49,331 nucleotides of DNA from IMG/VR virus record IMGVR_UViG_3300037465_000067, positions 1 through 49,331 of that record; one strand, 5' to 3'. The position numbers were made by a program, and so were the translations under genes. This document shows positions 37,244 through 46,292 of this stretch, in pieces (the first letter of the stretch is position 1; the number at the start of each line of letters is the position of its first letter). A model generated the notes under the pieces. It worked only from the letters and a program-made list of their open reading frames with translations. It did not search any database and was not told the origin of the DNA. Source of the stretch: a virus. Its lineage: Duplodnaviria > Caudoviricetes.

Positions 37244-39425
37244 TGTTCAGCCCGCCTTGATTTAGAATTCCTGACAGTAAATCCTGTCCTTGATTGGGAG
37301 ATGGCCCGCCAACATCAAGCCCTTGTCCGCCTCCGGCAAGTTGCGGCCGGCCCATTCCACCGCCGCCAAACTGCATGGGAGCGCGAGGGCCACCCTGCTG
37401 GCGCTGGGCCGCAGCGTGTTCTTGAATGTGAGAATCAAATCGCGCCAAGACGCCGACCCCGCCGATAAGTTGCGACATCTGCGGGACAGCTTCAAGCATC
37501 CGCGCCAGTTCGTCTCTGGTGTTCTGGTGAACGGCAATATGCCGGACATGGTTATCCTGAGGATGGGGGTCAACGTCTTCGCCTTGTATGAGTCGCACGT
37601 TTTCCTGCTCAGGACTTTCAGGCGGACGCAACTGGCTGGCATCTGGAACGTGCATGGCAATGTCATCTTGCCCCAGAGATTCCAAAACCTTGCGCAGCAT
37701 CTCAGAAATCAGCGCGGGATTCTGCATGGCTATGGGGTTTTGCAGCGTCAAGGCATAGGCTTGAAGCAAGTCTTGAATCATCTGCTGTTTGTTGGCCAGG
37801 GCCGTTGGCGGCGTAATATCGAAGTCGTAGTCGCCCTGCATGTCTTCATCGGTTAGAACGTCGCCGGGGTCTTCTTCGGTTACTCTGAAGAAATGCGGCT
37901 TTGACAGCCAGCGCTTGTCGGCTTCCCAGACCCTGGATAAAACTTCCTTGAAGGCTTCCCGCTCCAGCATCAAGTCCAGCAAAAGCCGCTGATTGGATTC
38001 GGCCTGCAATAACGCCTGCTGTCCGTAAGTGCGCGGGGCATTGGGGCCGCTGAATTGACGGCCAAGCTGGGTTTCGGTCAGACCGAAGATTCTCTCCGCC
38101 ATCGCCAGAAGTTGCGGCATCAGAGTCGCGTAAGAAGCAATGTTAATCTGTCCGGGTCCAACCAGAGCAATATCGTTTTTGGGGTCATTCAGCGGAATCG
38201 CCGTCCACGGTTCATAGCGGAACTTTTCAGCATTGAAGCCTGCCATCGGCTTGTAGGCGACCATCGGCCCGACACCTATCATTCCCGCATCGGTGACAAT
38301 GTTATGCAAAGCATCCATTTCACGGTTGATGGATTCCAGGACTTCTGGAAACCCGATGCCCCACATCTTGTTCGGGTCGCGCAGCAGGTCGGTCTTGATA
38401 AATGGCAGCCTGCCGTCAGGGTATTTGTCAATCCGTCGCACAACGCCAAACAACCTGTTCATCTGCGGAGAGACAAAGGCAACAACGTCTGTTGGCAACT
38501 CATCTTTGCCAACGCGGAACTTGCCGAACCAGTTGTAGAAAACAAGATTGTTTTCTTCTCCAAGAGGATGAATGGGAGTTGATGCCTGGTCAGCTCTCTC
38601 TTGCCGGACAGCCTGGCCGGTGTCGGTTCCCCCGGCAGCATCGGTCTTTCCCGTCTTGGCCAGACGGTACAATTCATCGGTAAACTCTTTATTGGTCTTC
38701 CACAGGCTTGCGTCAAAGTCTCCGCTTTCACGCATCTCTAAAATCTCCGGGACAGAAAGCTGGATGCGGCGGATAAAATGGTCGGCATCGTCAAGAGAAG
38801 TGGCTGAGGCGGGAACAACCCAGTCTTCATTGTTCTCCGGCCTGAAGTCAAGCCCCTCAAAGTCAACGACTTCAACTTCTTGTTCTTCTTCAACAGTGCG
38901 CCGCTGCGGAATTCTCGCCGGAAATCCCGTAACGGGGTCAACACCGTCAACAATTTCTTCGACTTCTCTCTTTACGGTTTTCTTGACAAGACGGGTCTTT
39001 CGAGTCCACGGAGTAAACGCAATGGCCGAGCCGAAGATGCACTTTAATACCGCAAAGTCATAATACTTCTTGAACAGATGTAACGACTCTTTGATTCTGT
39101 AATTCATCCAGCGCTTGACTTTATTAACCCGCTTGATGTCTGTCTTTCCTCTGGGAAGAACAAGAATCTCAGAGTCTTGGCCGAAAAGGGTTGAAATCAG
39201 CTTAGCGACAAAGTTAAGAATCTGCCACAAGACAAGCGGAATATGGAAATTAGAACCCTCATCTTTGTCAAGTTCTTCAGAAGCCGAGCGCCAGAGACGA
39301 ATCCATCTGACCTGTCGTTCAGCGCGCTGTCTTAAGTCTGAAGAATCCCGAGTCCAGTCATCGAGAATCTTCTGTCTCAGTTCTTCGCGTTCTTCTGTGG
39401 TGAGCTTCAGTTGGGACAGGGCCAT
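37236..39425 (-). CDS. Portal protein (P22-like size)
   Basis: 729 aa after TerL; IFGSAI, LPFI, WGIGFPEVL, HPQDNHVRHI, Gln-rich tail. Confidence 0.88.
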   Translation of the reverse strand: MALSQLKLTTEEREELRQKILDDWTRDSSDLRQRAERQVRWIRLWRSASEELDKDEGSNFHIPLVLWQILNFVAKLISTLFGQDSEILVLPRGKTDIKRVNKVKRWMNYRIKESLHLFKKYYDFAVLKCIFGSAIAFTPWTRKTRLVKKTVKREVEEIVDGVDPVTGFPARIPQRRTVEEEQEVEVVDFEGLDFRPENNEDWVVPASATSLDDADHFIRRIQLSVPEILEMRESGDFDASLWKTNKEFTDELYRLAKTGKTDAAGGTDTGQAVRQERADQASTPIHPLGEENNLVFYNWFGKFRVGKDELPTDVVAFVSPQMNRLFGVVRRIDKYPDGRLPFIKTDLLRDPNKMWGIGFPEVLESINREMDALHNIVTDAGMIGVGPMVAYKPMAGFNAEKFRYEPWTAIPLNDPKNDIALVGPGQINIASYATLMPQLLAMAERIFGLTETQLGRQFSGPNAPRTYGQQALLQAESNQRLLLDLMLEREAFKEVLSRVWEADKRWLSKPHFFRVTEEDPGDVLTDEDMQGDYDFDITPPTALANKQQMIQDLLQAYALTLQNPIAMQNPALISEMLRKVLESLGQDDIAMHVPDASQLRPPESPEQENVRLIQGEDVDPHPQDNHVRHIAVHQNTRDELARMLEAVPQMSQLIGGVGVLARFDSHIQEHAAAQRQQGGPRAPMQFGGGGMGRPQLAGGGQGLDVGGPSPNQGQDLLSGILNQGGLNIG

Positions 39426-41119
39426 TATCGCCTCAAGATTCTTTCATATTTATCGGGCCGATGAGATGTCGTCTTCCACGGCATCCAGTCATCGCGCTTT
39501 TCCGGTTCGTCCCCGGGCGCTTCCGAAGGAGAGTGCTGGAACATTTCATTGGCAATAGAAAGAGAAAATACGCGGTCATCCTTGGAACCCGTCTGGGCTT
39601 CTGGTCTGCCGTTTGGCTTGATAATGAATTGCAGACATTCAAGCTGGGTCTCGCGGCTGTGCATAATCAGCGCCCGCTCGCGGATGCTTTGGGCCAGATG
39701 GTTAATCATCGTGGGACGGGTTACGGGAGTCGTCAGCCAGCCCTTCTGGGGCGTTGAGAAGCGCCCGCCGTCAGGGGTGTAGGTGCGGGCATAGATTCTA
39801 TGTCCAGGATATTTCTGGTGCTCTAATTCATTGATGACCGTCAATCCGTTGGAGTTTCGTTCGACACCGATAAATGCTGTATTGTACCATCTTCCAAGCA
39901 TATTGAGCTGTCTGCCGAATTCGTCAGGCTCAAAATGGCCGTGTATCTGGGCAACTTGTTCCCCGGTGTGTCGGTCAAATATGTCCGAGCAGGAATAATC
40001 GTATCTATCGTCAGCCGGGGCGTCTGCAATCTCAATTCCTTCGGCAACGTCCGCCCCTGCAAGATAATCTCTTCCCGGCTGCGGTCTCTTCCAGACATGT
40101 AACCAGCCCTCTTTGTTGGGAACAAAGACAATCTGTTTGTCGCCGTAAGTGTCCCGATATTCCAGATAGCCACGAACCGGGTCTTCAATCGGCCACGACA
40201 TAATCGCTTCCCGGTCAAAGCGTGGACGGCCAGACGTAAGAAATGCTGTAATATCATCAAGCGGAAACTCCTGGGAGAACAGGTCTTCATCACCCTTCAG
40301 CTTGGTATTGATAACCCATCTGCGCCAGTAGAGTTGTTCCAGACTCAGGCGGTACTTGGCTCTTAATTGCTTTTCTTTCTGGGTTAATGACTGCTCGAAT
40401 CGGGCAGAATCGGGAACCGGCATAGAATACTTGGGAAAGTCTTTCCATGACAAGAAAATAGGCACAAAGGCAGACTGGCCCTTCTTGGCCATATCCCACA
40501 TCTCAAAGAAATATCCACCCATGCCGTTGGCCGTGGACTCGACAATCACACACGATTCCGGCGTATCGGGGACCGCGTTCAGCATGGAATTCATTACTTC
40601 TTTGGCATTTTCGTAATAAGCCGCCTCAGAGCATAACAGATACAGGGGCGTCGAGCCGCGGCCCGCTGTCTTTGTTCCGGCGGTAGCAATGGTAATAGAC
40701 CCGCCTTGCTTGAAGATTAACTCGCGCCGGTTAGAGGCTTCTGTGGCGAATTGTTCTTCTGTTGGTGACTGCTTGTAAAAGCGGTCGCAGATGCGGAACA
40801 GATACTGGGTAGTGTCTATATCATGGGCAATAATCTTGGCATCTGCCGGGCGAAACCGGACGGAATGGTATATTTCAGCAGCTCCGATAGTAGAAGAGCC
40901 GGTCTTGCGGGGCTTCAGTATGATGATTCTTACCGGGATTCCCAGGCCGCGCTGACGCTGAATCTCTTTGAGAATAATGTCCTGGTGAGGATTGGGAACA
41001 AGAGGCACGATTTTGCCGTGCTCGTCTTGAACGCGCAAATTCTCTTTGAAATAAAGCCGGGGGTCTTTCTCCCAAGCCATACGGTCTATTTGCAGCTTGA
41101 TTGGAGCAGTTAGTTCCAT
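39425..41119 (-). CDS. terL: Terminase large subunit
   Basis: LKPRKTGSST, LLCSEAAY, VESTANG, GADVAEG, KDDRVFS. Confidence 0.93.
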   Translation of the reverse strand: MELTAPIKLQIDRMAWEKDPRLYFKENLRVQDEHGKIVPLVPNPHQDIILKEIQRQRGLGIPVRIIILKPRKTGSSTIGAAEIYHSVRFRPADAKIIAHDIDTTQYLFRICDRFYKQSPTEEQFATEASNRRELIFKQGGSITIATAGTKTAGRGSTPLYLLCSEAAYYENAKEVMNSMLNAVPDTPESCVIVESTANGMGGYFFEMWDMAKKGQSAFVPIFLSWKDFPKYSMPVPDSARFEQSLTQKEKQLRAKYRLSLEQLYWRRWVINTKLKGDEDLFSQEFPLDDITAFLTSGRPRFDREAIMSWPIEDPVRGYLEYRDTYGDKQIVFVPNKEGWLHVWKRPQPGRDYLAGADVAEGIEIADAPADDRYDYSCSDIFDRHTGEQVAQIHGHFEPDEFGRQLNMLGRWYNTAFIGVERNSNGLTVINELEHQKYPGHRIYARTYTPDGGRFSTPQKGWLTTPVTRPTMINHLAQSIRERALIMHSRETQLECLQFIIKPNGRPEAQTGSKDDRVFSLSIANEMFQHSPSEAPGDEPEKRDDWMPWKTTSHRPDKYERILRR

Positions 41120-41667
41120 TACTGAACCACCCGCTTATCGCCGACAATAGACTGAATCTCTTCTTCGGTCCGCCCCTTGATTCGCAGAATCTTGACCAGT
41201 AATTCGTCTATGTCAACCTTCTCGGTTCGGGAAGTCAGCTCAATAGACTGCTTGGGCTTGGCCTTGGAGGTTTCGTTAATCTGCGATATGGCTTTCAGAC
41301 GGTCAGAAGGAAATGATGCTGTCTTGCGTATCCAGAAGGCGTCCCAGAAGCGGTCTTCTTCGTCCATCAGGGCCAGCCAGTCATGATAATTGGGACGCGG
41401 CTCGGGCATTGAGAGATATTCTTCTCTGCGCCGCTTCTTGATTTGGTCTAATTGGTCTTCGGTAATCTGCGGCTCAAGACGCTTTTTCTGTGGCTTGGCA
41501 GCCCATAAACGCTGTGGCTTGGCATGGTATCCGTCCGGCATTTGGTCCAGTTCCGGGTTAAACAGCGGATTATCAGTCACAAACGGGTCTTTGTTCCATT
41601 TGAGATATTTGGAGCCAGGACGGTCTTTGGTTGGGCAGTCCGGTCTGTCACACATTAGGTTCTCCAA
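41119..41667 (-). CDS. Putative terminase small subunit
   Basis: Directly upstream of TerL; DRLKAISQI...KPKQSIEL. Confidence 0.55.
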   Translation of the reverse strand: MENLMCDRPDCPTKDRPGSKYLKWNKDPFVTDNPLFNPELDQMPDGYHAKPQRLWAAKPQKKRLEPQITEDQLDQIKKRRREEYLSMPEPRPNYHDWLALMDEEDRFWDAFWIRKTASFPSDRLKAISQINETSKAKPKQSIELTSRTEKVDIDELLVKILRIKGRTEEEIQSIVGDKRVVQ

Positions 41668-41917
41668 CCTGTGCCGGAAGAATACAAGTTCTTATCAAGT
41701 CTGGACTGGTTATCCCAAGAAATGTGGGTTCTTGCATCTCCATACACCGCCAGCACTTACTGTTCCCCTCGTACATGCTTTCTCGACAAAGCACTGTCGG
41801 AGAGAGGTTCACAAACCCAAGTGTCCTGCCACAAGAGGGACACCTCTGGTCTGGATACGGGTAAGATACCTCGCGTGGAGACTCCGACAGCTTTAGAGGA
41901 ACATATACCTTTGACAA
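41648..41917 (-). CDS. Zinc-ribbon hypothetical protein
   Basis: AAGGTG RBS; CPSC, CWRC. Confidence 0.5.
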   Translation of the reverse strand: MSKVYVPLKLSESPREVSYPYPDQRCPSCGRTLGFVNLSPTVLCRESMYEGNSKCWRCMEMQEPTFLGITSPDLIRTCILPAQVGEPNV

Positions 41918-41925
41918 GATTCACC

Positions 41926-42120
41926 TTATCTCATCCTGACTGAGAAGCGGGGTGATACAACGGCTTCAAAGCGCGGCAATTCGTCGTTTTCAAGAATTCC
42001 CCAGTCTTTGTTTGGGTAGCGTTTCAAGACCACAGAACCGCACTTTTGACAGGAATATGGGCGCAAATCGTCTGAAAAGCCGTCATCGCCGCAAATTGTA
42101 CAAACCCACCAGTAAAACAC
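41926..42120 (-). CDS. Zinc-ribbon hypothetical protein, first late gene
   Basis: CTIC...CQKC; GTG 7 nt after candidate -10. Confidence 0.5.
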   Translation of the reverse strand: MFYWWVCTICGDDGFSDDLRPYSCQKCGSVVLKRYPNKDWGILENDELPRFEAVVSPRFSVRMR

Positions 42121-42127
42121 CAATGAC

Positions 42128-42157
42128 GTTATATGGCACAATGCCGTAATTTGTCAA
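42128..42157 (-). promoter_or_regulatory. Candidate late-operon sigma70-type promoter
   Basis: TTGACA-N18-TATAAC. Confidence 0.55.
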
Positions 42158-42531
42158 GTCAAAGTGACGGAAAACGTCACAAGAATATATTAAGTATTTG
42201 ATTTTATGGGGATTCTGTCAGAAATTATCTGGGGCACGACCCTTGGGGGAAGGCCATGCCCCATGCCCGAAACGAGGAGAGAGTCTTGTTCTAGCAAGAC
42301 AATAGCACGGCTTTGGTCACAGTGCAACTGGATAAATTTACCAGCATATGTCAATATCTGTCAGGGATTCTGTCTATGCTGTCTGTCTGTTCATTCAAAA
42401 TGAACACGCAATTTATTACAACACCGTAATAATCTGACACCAGAATTCCGAAAATTGGGAAATTTGGCGGATAAGGTTCCACATATACCGTCAACCCACC
42501 CTCGCCAATGCGCCCAGCCGGCGGGTCTCAA

Positions 42532-42807
42532 CAGATTGCATACAATACTGCATACAATCTTGATTGCAATCTCAGGTTAACATAAAATATGTTATCAGAC
42601 TCAGCCTTTAGATTCATACACTTACAGACAATCGGTGCGTCATTGCGGCAGCTTTCGCCTTTTGTTCGCCTTGGCACAACTGCGCCATTTTACCCACTGT
42701 GTACAAAAAGACACACACTGTCCACAAAAAGACACACGCAAGCGTTTGCCATAGTCCGACCCCCTTTGAAATGAGACAGATTGTATGCAATGTTGTATCC
42801 AAGTCTG
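42532..42807. repeat. Imperfect ~30-bp inverted repeats and 14-bp direct repeats in control region
   Basis: 42532-42560 vs 42778-42807 (TGCATACAAT units); ACAAAAAGACACAC at 42703-42716 and 42724-42737. Confidence 0.75.
42575..42602 (-). promoter_or_regulatory. dif-like XerC/XerD recombination site
   Basis: GAGTCTGATAA-CATATT-TTATGTTAACC, 11-6-11; right arm matches E. coli XerD arm TTATGTTAAAT at 9/11. Confidence 0.8.
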
Positions 42808-43018
42808 TATTCCAATCTGCATCCCTGACCGAATACAATCCTAGACGCAATCTTTCACTGACATTATTTGTCACAGCCCAAGGAATACCGATTATCATAT
42901 TCTGATGTCCGTGCAAACTCCCTTTATTATCATGGGCTTACAGAAGCCATATGATTATCTGTAATAAATCTATTAGATTCTGTATTTTTCCTTGTTGACG
43001 TTTTATGTCATCCTTTGT

Positions 43019-43070
43019 AATCAATAACTTACAGGCAAAAAAAGGCTCCATGTTTGGTATGACATTTGCA
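43019..43070 (+). promoter_or_regulatory. Sigma54-type promoter with upstream IHF site
   Basis: AATCAA-TAAC-TTA (WATCAANNNNTTR) at 43019-43031; TGGTATGACATTTGCA (GG-N10-GC) at 43055-43070. Confidence 0.72.
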
Positions 43071-43082
43071 TGGTACTTTGGC

Positions 43083-43334
43083 ATGATGAGCCGCAATCAA
43101 TCCCGCAAAGAGCCCGCCGTCAGCGCACCCGTCCAAGTGTCGGGTGTCCTGCCAGTCGGCTCCACGTTTCAAGTGGGACGGTGTGCCTACTGCCAAGAGC
43201 CAGCAATCGCCGTACAGACTGGGCCGCGACTAACCGATTGGAAGCTGGCTAAACGGCAGCCTCACAAGCGCAACTGTCAGTACGCTAACAGCCTGACGGC
43301 TGCTAGGCAACGGAGAACGGTCAAGTGGGCGTAG
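43083..43334 (+). CDS. Hypothetical protein
   Basis: ATG just after predicted sigma54 start site; CAYC...H..NC. Confidence 0.45.
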   Translation: MMSRNQSRKEPAVSAPVQVSGVLPVGSTFQVGRCAYCQEPAIAVQTGPRLTDWKLAKRQPHKRNCQYANSLTAARQRRTVKWA

Positions 43335-43353
43335 CCCCCTATCTCAATCTCAG

Positions 43354-43674
43354 ATGGAGGTAACGCTAATGAACACTCCCAATCAGACCGGAAGGACGCG
43401 TAAGGCAAGGAGGATGCTGAAACTCAGCCCGATGGAACTTGTTGATTTCAACTCCGAAACTGTCCGCAATGCCATCGGTACGATTTATCCCGATTTTGTC
43501 CGCACTCGCTGGCAAGCCTCGCTCGCAACGATGACCTATTGGGAAGCCTTTTTCGCGCTTCTGCAGGCCTTCCCCGACCAGTACATCTATCGAGGCGGTC
43601 ACCATATCGCCGTCCACACCTACGACGGCGGGCCGTGCATGTTCCGTGTAGTCGAAGTATTCCCGAACGGCTGA
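43354..43674 (+). CDS. Hypothetical protein
   Basis: ORF track; GGAGG suggests true start at 43369. Confidence 0.65.
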   Translation: MEVTLMNTPNQTGRTRKARRMLKLSPMELVDFNSETVRNAIGTIYPDFVRTRWQASLATMTYWEAFFALLQAFPDQYIYRGGHHIAVHTYDGGPCMFRVVEVFPNG

Positions 43675-43782
43675 GTCCAGCGGCTAGCCCCTACCGGGGG
43701 TTAGATGGCGGGCGAATGCCATTTGCCGCGATACCGATATGAGGGCTTGCTACGGCAAGCCCCTTGCGGGGAGGTTAGAGCC

Positions 43783-44031
43783 ATGCGATACGCTTCGCTA
43801 GACGACAAAATCGCTGCACGGCGAAAGAGGCACATGGGGCAGATAGCCCAAACCGCCGCACGGTGAGTAGTGGAAGATGACATTCGGCGAGGATGCAATA
43901 TTCAACAGGCGTGGGCAGAACTCAATAGCTACCATCGGGACATTCTGCCAATTGTTGAACGTATGGTGTCCGGCGGAGTTCCGAAGTGGCGAATACCGGC
44001 ACTTGCGGCCAAAGAATACATGGGAGGTTAG
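43783..44031 (+). pseudogene. Apparent 82-codon gene interrupted by in-frame TGA at 43864-43866
   Basis: GGGAGG RBS; frame continues 54 codons past TGA to a TAG adjacent to the next gene start. Confidence 0.45.
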
Positions 44032-44035
44032 AGCC

Positions 44036-44341
44036 ATGAGCACACGACAAGTCACAATCTGCACCGCCGGAGAGTGTGAGGGCGAGTGCTACCGATGCCG
44101 CATGAACGCTTTCATGCGCGAGAATGAGATGCTGAAGTCGGCGCTGAAGTTCCTGTTTGATGAACGCCTTTGCGCTGGCACTTTCGGCCCGTGGCATGAT
44201 AACTGGACAGATGATTGGCAGTGGCTTCACGAGCAAGTTCAAGAGGCTGACAACTTGCCCAAAGAGTTCGCGCCGGAAAGGTCTCAGTTGGCCGTAGCTC
44301 GTGAGGAATACGAAAGAGAGAAGCAGAGGTTTAACCCATGA
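44036..44341 (+). CDS. Hypothetical protein
   Basis: GGGAGG RBS before ATG 44036. Confidence 0.65.
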   Translation: MSTRQVTICTAGECEGECYRCRMNAFMRENEMLKSALKFLFDERLCAGTFGPWHDNWTDDWQWLHEQVQEADNLPKEFAPERSQLAVAREEYEREKQRFNP

Positions 44342-44523
44342 AAACCGAGATTTATGAACTGAACAAGCTCACCACGGCCTCGCGACCCTTCGGTGACGCC
44401 CGCGTACAGGCCGACATAGAGCGCAACGGGGTTGAGCGCGTCATCCGCGAGCGCGGACTTGTGGAAGCCGGGTTTGCCCTTGCTGCGATGGCCGTCGCGG
44501 GGCGGATAGAGCTAGACGGATAA
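44338..44523 (+). CDS. Hypothetical protein
   Basis: GAGG RBS, ATGA overlap. Confidence 0.6.
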   Translation: MKTEIYELNKLTTASRPFGDARVQADIERNGVERVIRERGLVEAGFALAAMAVAGRIELDG

Positions 44524-44536
44524 CCGAGAGAACCAG

Positions 44537-44926
44537 ATGCCCAAGAACAACTCAATTCGGCAGATACTCAGGGCGCTTGCTCCGCACGCTATCCTTGTAG
44601 GGTCCGCCTCACGCGGGGACAACTACCAGGACATAGACCTGGTAATCAATGAGCGCGGCCTGCGGACGGCTCGGAGTGTACTTCCGGGGCCGCTAGTGTC
44701 TTGCTATCTCGGCCACCTGAAGACCTTTCAGACGCAGCCTCCGGTTGAGGTCATGCGATACTGGCAGGGACCGCTTTACGGCGAGCTGGCGCATCGCAGA
44801 CTGGTTATTCGTGAAGTCTCTGGTGTGAAGCTGAGGGCTTGGCCGGGAGAGACGCGCCAAGACGAACAATCGTGTAGTCAATCGGGGGCCGCGTCCCGAC
44901 AACGCGGAGAAAGGCTACGACGATGA
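44537..44926 (+). CDS. Minimal nucleotidyltransferase (Pol beta superfamily)
   Basis: LVGSASRGDNYQDIDLVI motif; later VEV as possible third carboxylate. Confidence 0.7.
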   Translation: MPKNNSIRQILRALAPHAILVGSASRGDNYQDIDLVINERGLRTARSVLPGPLVSCYLGHLKTFQTQPPVEVMRYWQGPLYGELAHRRLVIREVSGVKLRAWPGETRQDEQSCSQSGAASRQRGERLRR

Positions 44927-45168
44927 GTCCTGTCAAAATTGGCGAATACTTTAGCTTTGTTCCTGGCCGAGGCGGAACGGTCTCGCGAGTCAAAAGAGAC
45001 GGATTCTACGTCCGCCTCCGGTCAGCCTACCCGCGAGTCCCCGGAGCACGAACTGGTCGGGCTGGGGAGCATGCGACGGTCAGCCGATTCTTCCGGTTCA
45101 ACGAAGTCCATCGTAATGCACGCGGAGTGCTCTGCGAAACAAACGATGAGCAAGGGGCCGCACGCTAG
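44923..45168 (+). CDS. Hypothetical protein
   Basis: ATGA overlap. Confidence 0.55.
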   Translation: MSPVKIGEYFSFVPGRGGTVSRVKRDGFYVRLRSAYPRVPGARTGRAGEHATVSRFFRFNEVHRNARGVLCETNDEQGAAR

Positions 45169-45308
45169 ACGCGGCCCCCGCTCCGTTGGGCAATGTCAGT
45201 GGAGCCGAGCATATGCGGCCTACAAAAGCCCGGTTGCCTGGCGGAGCGAGGAGCGCGACTAGCAAGTAGTTACAATTCCAGTGCTTTCCGTGCTCCACCG
45301 GAGCACGG
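45154..45308 (+). ncRNA. Three consecutive stem-loops
   Basis: 45154-45178, 45179-45194/45233-45248 (16 bp with G-U), 45288-45308. Confidence 0.55.
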
Positions 45309-45327
45309 CGAGCGCAAGGAGGATGAA

Positions 45328-45432
45328 ATGAGCAATTACACACCGGGGCCGTGGAAGCTGAACAGGACACGCCGACATGAGGCCAACGCCGCCCTGATTG
45401 CCGCCGCGCCGGAGAGGAGACGAGATGAATAG
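45328..45432 (+). CDS. Short remnant of the phage TPGPW...ANAxLIAAAP family
   Basis: AAGGAGG RBS; MSNYTPGPW...ANAALIAAAPE. Confidence 0.55.
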   Translation: MSNYTPGPWKLNRTRRHEANAALIAAAPERRRDE

Positions 45433-45655
45433 CACGGGCAGGGCCGCTCTCAAGAAGGCAATCCTAGACGCGCTGGGGGAGCCGGGGGCAGAAGTTGAAA
45501 TTGGCTACCTGTTGAACCGTCTAAGAGCAAAAGGGGTGCGCGAGGCTGACGTGGAAATCAAGGGCGAACTTTGGGGGATGATAGCTGATGGTGTTGTTGG
45601 CCTAACCCCAAAGCGGAAGTTGCGCTTGCCCGCCCGAAGCGAGACCGAAGAATGA
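45425..45655 (+). CDS. Small winged-helix-like protein
   Basis: GAGGAG RBS; helical pattern with terminal beta hairpin. Confidence 0.55.
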   Translation: MNSTGRAALKKAILDALGEPGAEVEIGYLLNRLRAKGVREADVEIKGELWGMIADGVVGLTPKRKLRLPARSETEE

Positions 45656-45774
45656 AACATTCAGCCTTCGAGCGCACGATTACCGTCACCTACGGCTTTC
45701 TGGTATTTCTGGTGATTCTGGCGTGTCTGGTTGTGACTGCGGCGGCGCTTCTTACCGGAGAGATTCCGCGCTAG
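45652..45774 (+). CDS. 40-aa membrane peptide
   Basis: ATGA overlap; single TM helix. Confidence 0.5.
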   Translation: MKHSAFERTITVTYGFLVFLVILACLVVTAAALLTGEIPR

Positions 45775-45849
45775 AGATGCCATATCAAAATACCGTTTGA
45801 CTTTGGATGGCGGCGGGTCAGATAGTTAAGGCTGAATGAGGTTTAGAAA

Positions 45850-46188
45850 GTGTGTCGCAAGTCTTTGTCGCTCTCGCTTCTGATTCTGTTTCTGTTTTAC
45901 CCGACCGCCATCGCCCGTGAAGTCCCGCCGCCCGATTGGAGCAAAGCCAAACGCTACGGATGCCGGATTGAACAGTTTCACGTCCGGTATCGGGTGACCG
46001 TCTGGGTCAGATACCAGACCGACCCGGCCAGGGGAGACGACTGGAGCTGGATAGAGTCCATGCACGCCCCCGAACCCGGCCAAGATGTCTCTAAGGCACG
46101 GCTCCAGGCCATGAAGAGCTGTGATGCGTGGATGAAGAAAGCCGAAAAGGAAATCAGGAAGGCCCGGCCGGAAGAGTCAGGGCCATAG
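45850..46188 (+). CDS. Secreted/periplasmic hypothetical protein
   Basis: Signal peptide ending AIA. Confidence 0.6.
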   Translation: MCRKSLSLSLLILFLFYPTAIAREVPPPDWSKAKRYGCRIEQFHVRYRVTVWVRYQTDPARGDDWSWIESMHAPEPGQDVSKARLQAMKSCDAWMKKAEKEIRKARPEESGP

Positions 46189-46292
46189 CCATCTTGCTGA
46201 AAACAGAACAGTTGTACATAAAGTGTCTAGATTTATGTGGAAACTGGGTGTGCTGTGGTGCCAACAATGCCCCAGCGATTGAAATTTAAGCC

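Noticed and set aside
42671-42686. Second sigma54 promoter at TTGGCACAACTGCGCC
   Set aside because: GC is not 10 nt from GG, so the required spacing fails
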